64,000 nt of DNA from an uncultured delta proteobacterium. Lineage in GTDB: Bacteria > Myxococcota > Myxococcia > Myxococcales > Myxococcaceae. The stretch is taken from positions 96,001-160,000 of the forward strand of contig CAVYSY010000031.1 in NCBI GenBank assembly GCA_963771175.1, in the 5' to 3' direction. Both the position numbers and the translations under genes were made by a program. The notes beneath the pieces are model-generated. The model was not told the origin of the DNA and searched no databases. It worked only from the letters and a program-made list of their open reading frames with translations. This document shows, piece by piece, positions 63,220-64,000 of this stretch (the stretch's first letter is position 1; each line of letters begins with the position of its first letter).

Positions 63220-63251
63220 CGCTTCTCCTTGCAATGGACGGGAGTCGGCAC

Positions 63252-63914
63252 TCACAGCGGCACGCCCGCCACTCTCTCGAACCAGCGTCGTGTCGCGTTG
63301 CTCTCCTTCGTGTTCTTCATCAAGGCATCGAAGCGCCTCGAGCGCATCAACTCCACCAACCGCTCGTCCCGCGCGAGGATCTCCGTTGCATCCCAGGGGA
63401 AGGTCAGGTCCGTTTCCCCGGACTCCTTGTAGTCGGGGTCCGCGACCAGTTTCTCCAGGTAGCGCGAGTAGCTGTCGAAATACCGGTCCACGTTCGAGGC
63501 GATGGGCATGACCTTGGGCTCGGACTCGTAGGTGTTCACCTCCACCACGGGCTGTCTTCCCCTCTCGTCCGCGAGACCAGGGACGGTGGCATAGGTGTAG
63601 ACGTCATCACCGAAAACAATCACGGGCACTCCCAACTCCTCCCTCCAGTTCTCCCGCCACCACTTGTTGCGTTCTTCCAAGTCGTGCTCCTGGTCATCGG
63701 AGCGAAGAAGAGCGCACCCCATCACCTTCGTAGCGAACGTCGCATGTCCCAAGCGGGCGTAGAGGCTCGCCAAAACCGGGTCGAAGGGAACACCCTCCAG
63801 CATACTCCCAGCCTTCAGCGGCTCACGGACGGGCGGTGAGGTCTCCAGACCCAGATTCAATCGCTGACATACTTCCAGCAATCGTTCCAAACCGGGCAGA
63901 GCCATGGTCTCCAT
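63252..63914 (-). CDS. SMI1/KNR4 (SUKH)-like putative immunity protein, paralog 2
   Basis: Clear full-length paralog of 62572-63219; GGAGG RBS. Confidence 0.7.
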   Translation of the reverse strand: METMALPGLERLLEVCQRLNLGLETSPPVREPLKAGSMLEGVPFDPVLASLYARLGHATFATKVMGCALLRSDDQEHDLEERNKWWRENWREELGVPVIVFGDDVYTYATVPGLADERGRQPVVEVNTYESEPKVMPIASNVDRYFDSYSRYLEKLVADPDYKESGETDLTFPWDATEILARDERLVELMRSRRFDALMKNTKESNATRRWFERVAGVPL

Positions 63915-63947
63915 CGTACCTCCTCGTCATGGAGTCGGAGCAGGCGC

Positions 63948-64000
63948 TCATACCGGAGCACCCACCACCTTCGCGAACCAGTGTCGCACCTCGTCGCTAT
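63948..64000 (-). CDS. 3' end of a probable third paralog (partial)
   Basis: SDEVRHWFAKVVGAPV-stop matches the tails ETRGWAAKVMGTRV and ATRRWFERVAGVPL. Confidence 0.7.
   Translation of the reverse strand, partial: SDEVRHWFAKVVGAPV

Overview
GC-rich bacterial chromosome segment. Gene content (Sit-type lipoprotein toxin, sigma54 two-component system, Ser/Thr kinase, DUF4388-J-TPR protein) points to a myxobacterium of the Archangium/Cystobacter type; this is an inference. Backbone: speD plus DUF4178, cyclophilin, esterase, YjbQ, NtrC-type two-component system, TetR-controlled Lol/MacB-like ABC export cluster, Ser/Thr kinase, TPR/DUF3857 lipoprotein, cspA, desaturase, a full SUF operon (Rrf2 regulator-sufBCDSUT), SDR, LivK-like binding protein, a Czc/Cus-type RND operon with its own two-component system, USP, LRR lipoprotein and a spermidine-synthase-like membrane protein. 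Accessory and conflict content: a SitA5-like toxin with a CdiA-type tip and SitI3-like immunity gene, a lipase-CHAT protease fusion, a tandem duplicate of a 977-aa sugar dehydrogenase-PKD-PA14 gene, a lower-GC islet with an orphan DarT-like ADP-ribosyltransferase, an orphan protein with a T3SS needle-like C-terminus behind a sigma28-like promoter, a nested palindromic element, and a tandem SUKH-like immunity array running off the right edge. Two intergenic regions share an unusual chimeric junction (fragment of the downstream gene fused to a fragment of the upstream gene), suggesting a recurrent duplication or integration route. Many genes carry indels, densest at about 50.0-53.9 kb; these are probably sequencing or assembly errors, so all pseudogene calls are provisional. 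No rRNA, tRNA, CRISPR-Cas or transposase was recognised. All family calls come from motif recognition by eye, not database searches.
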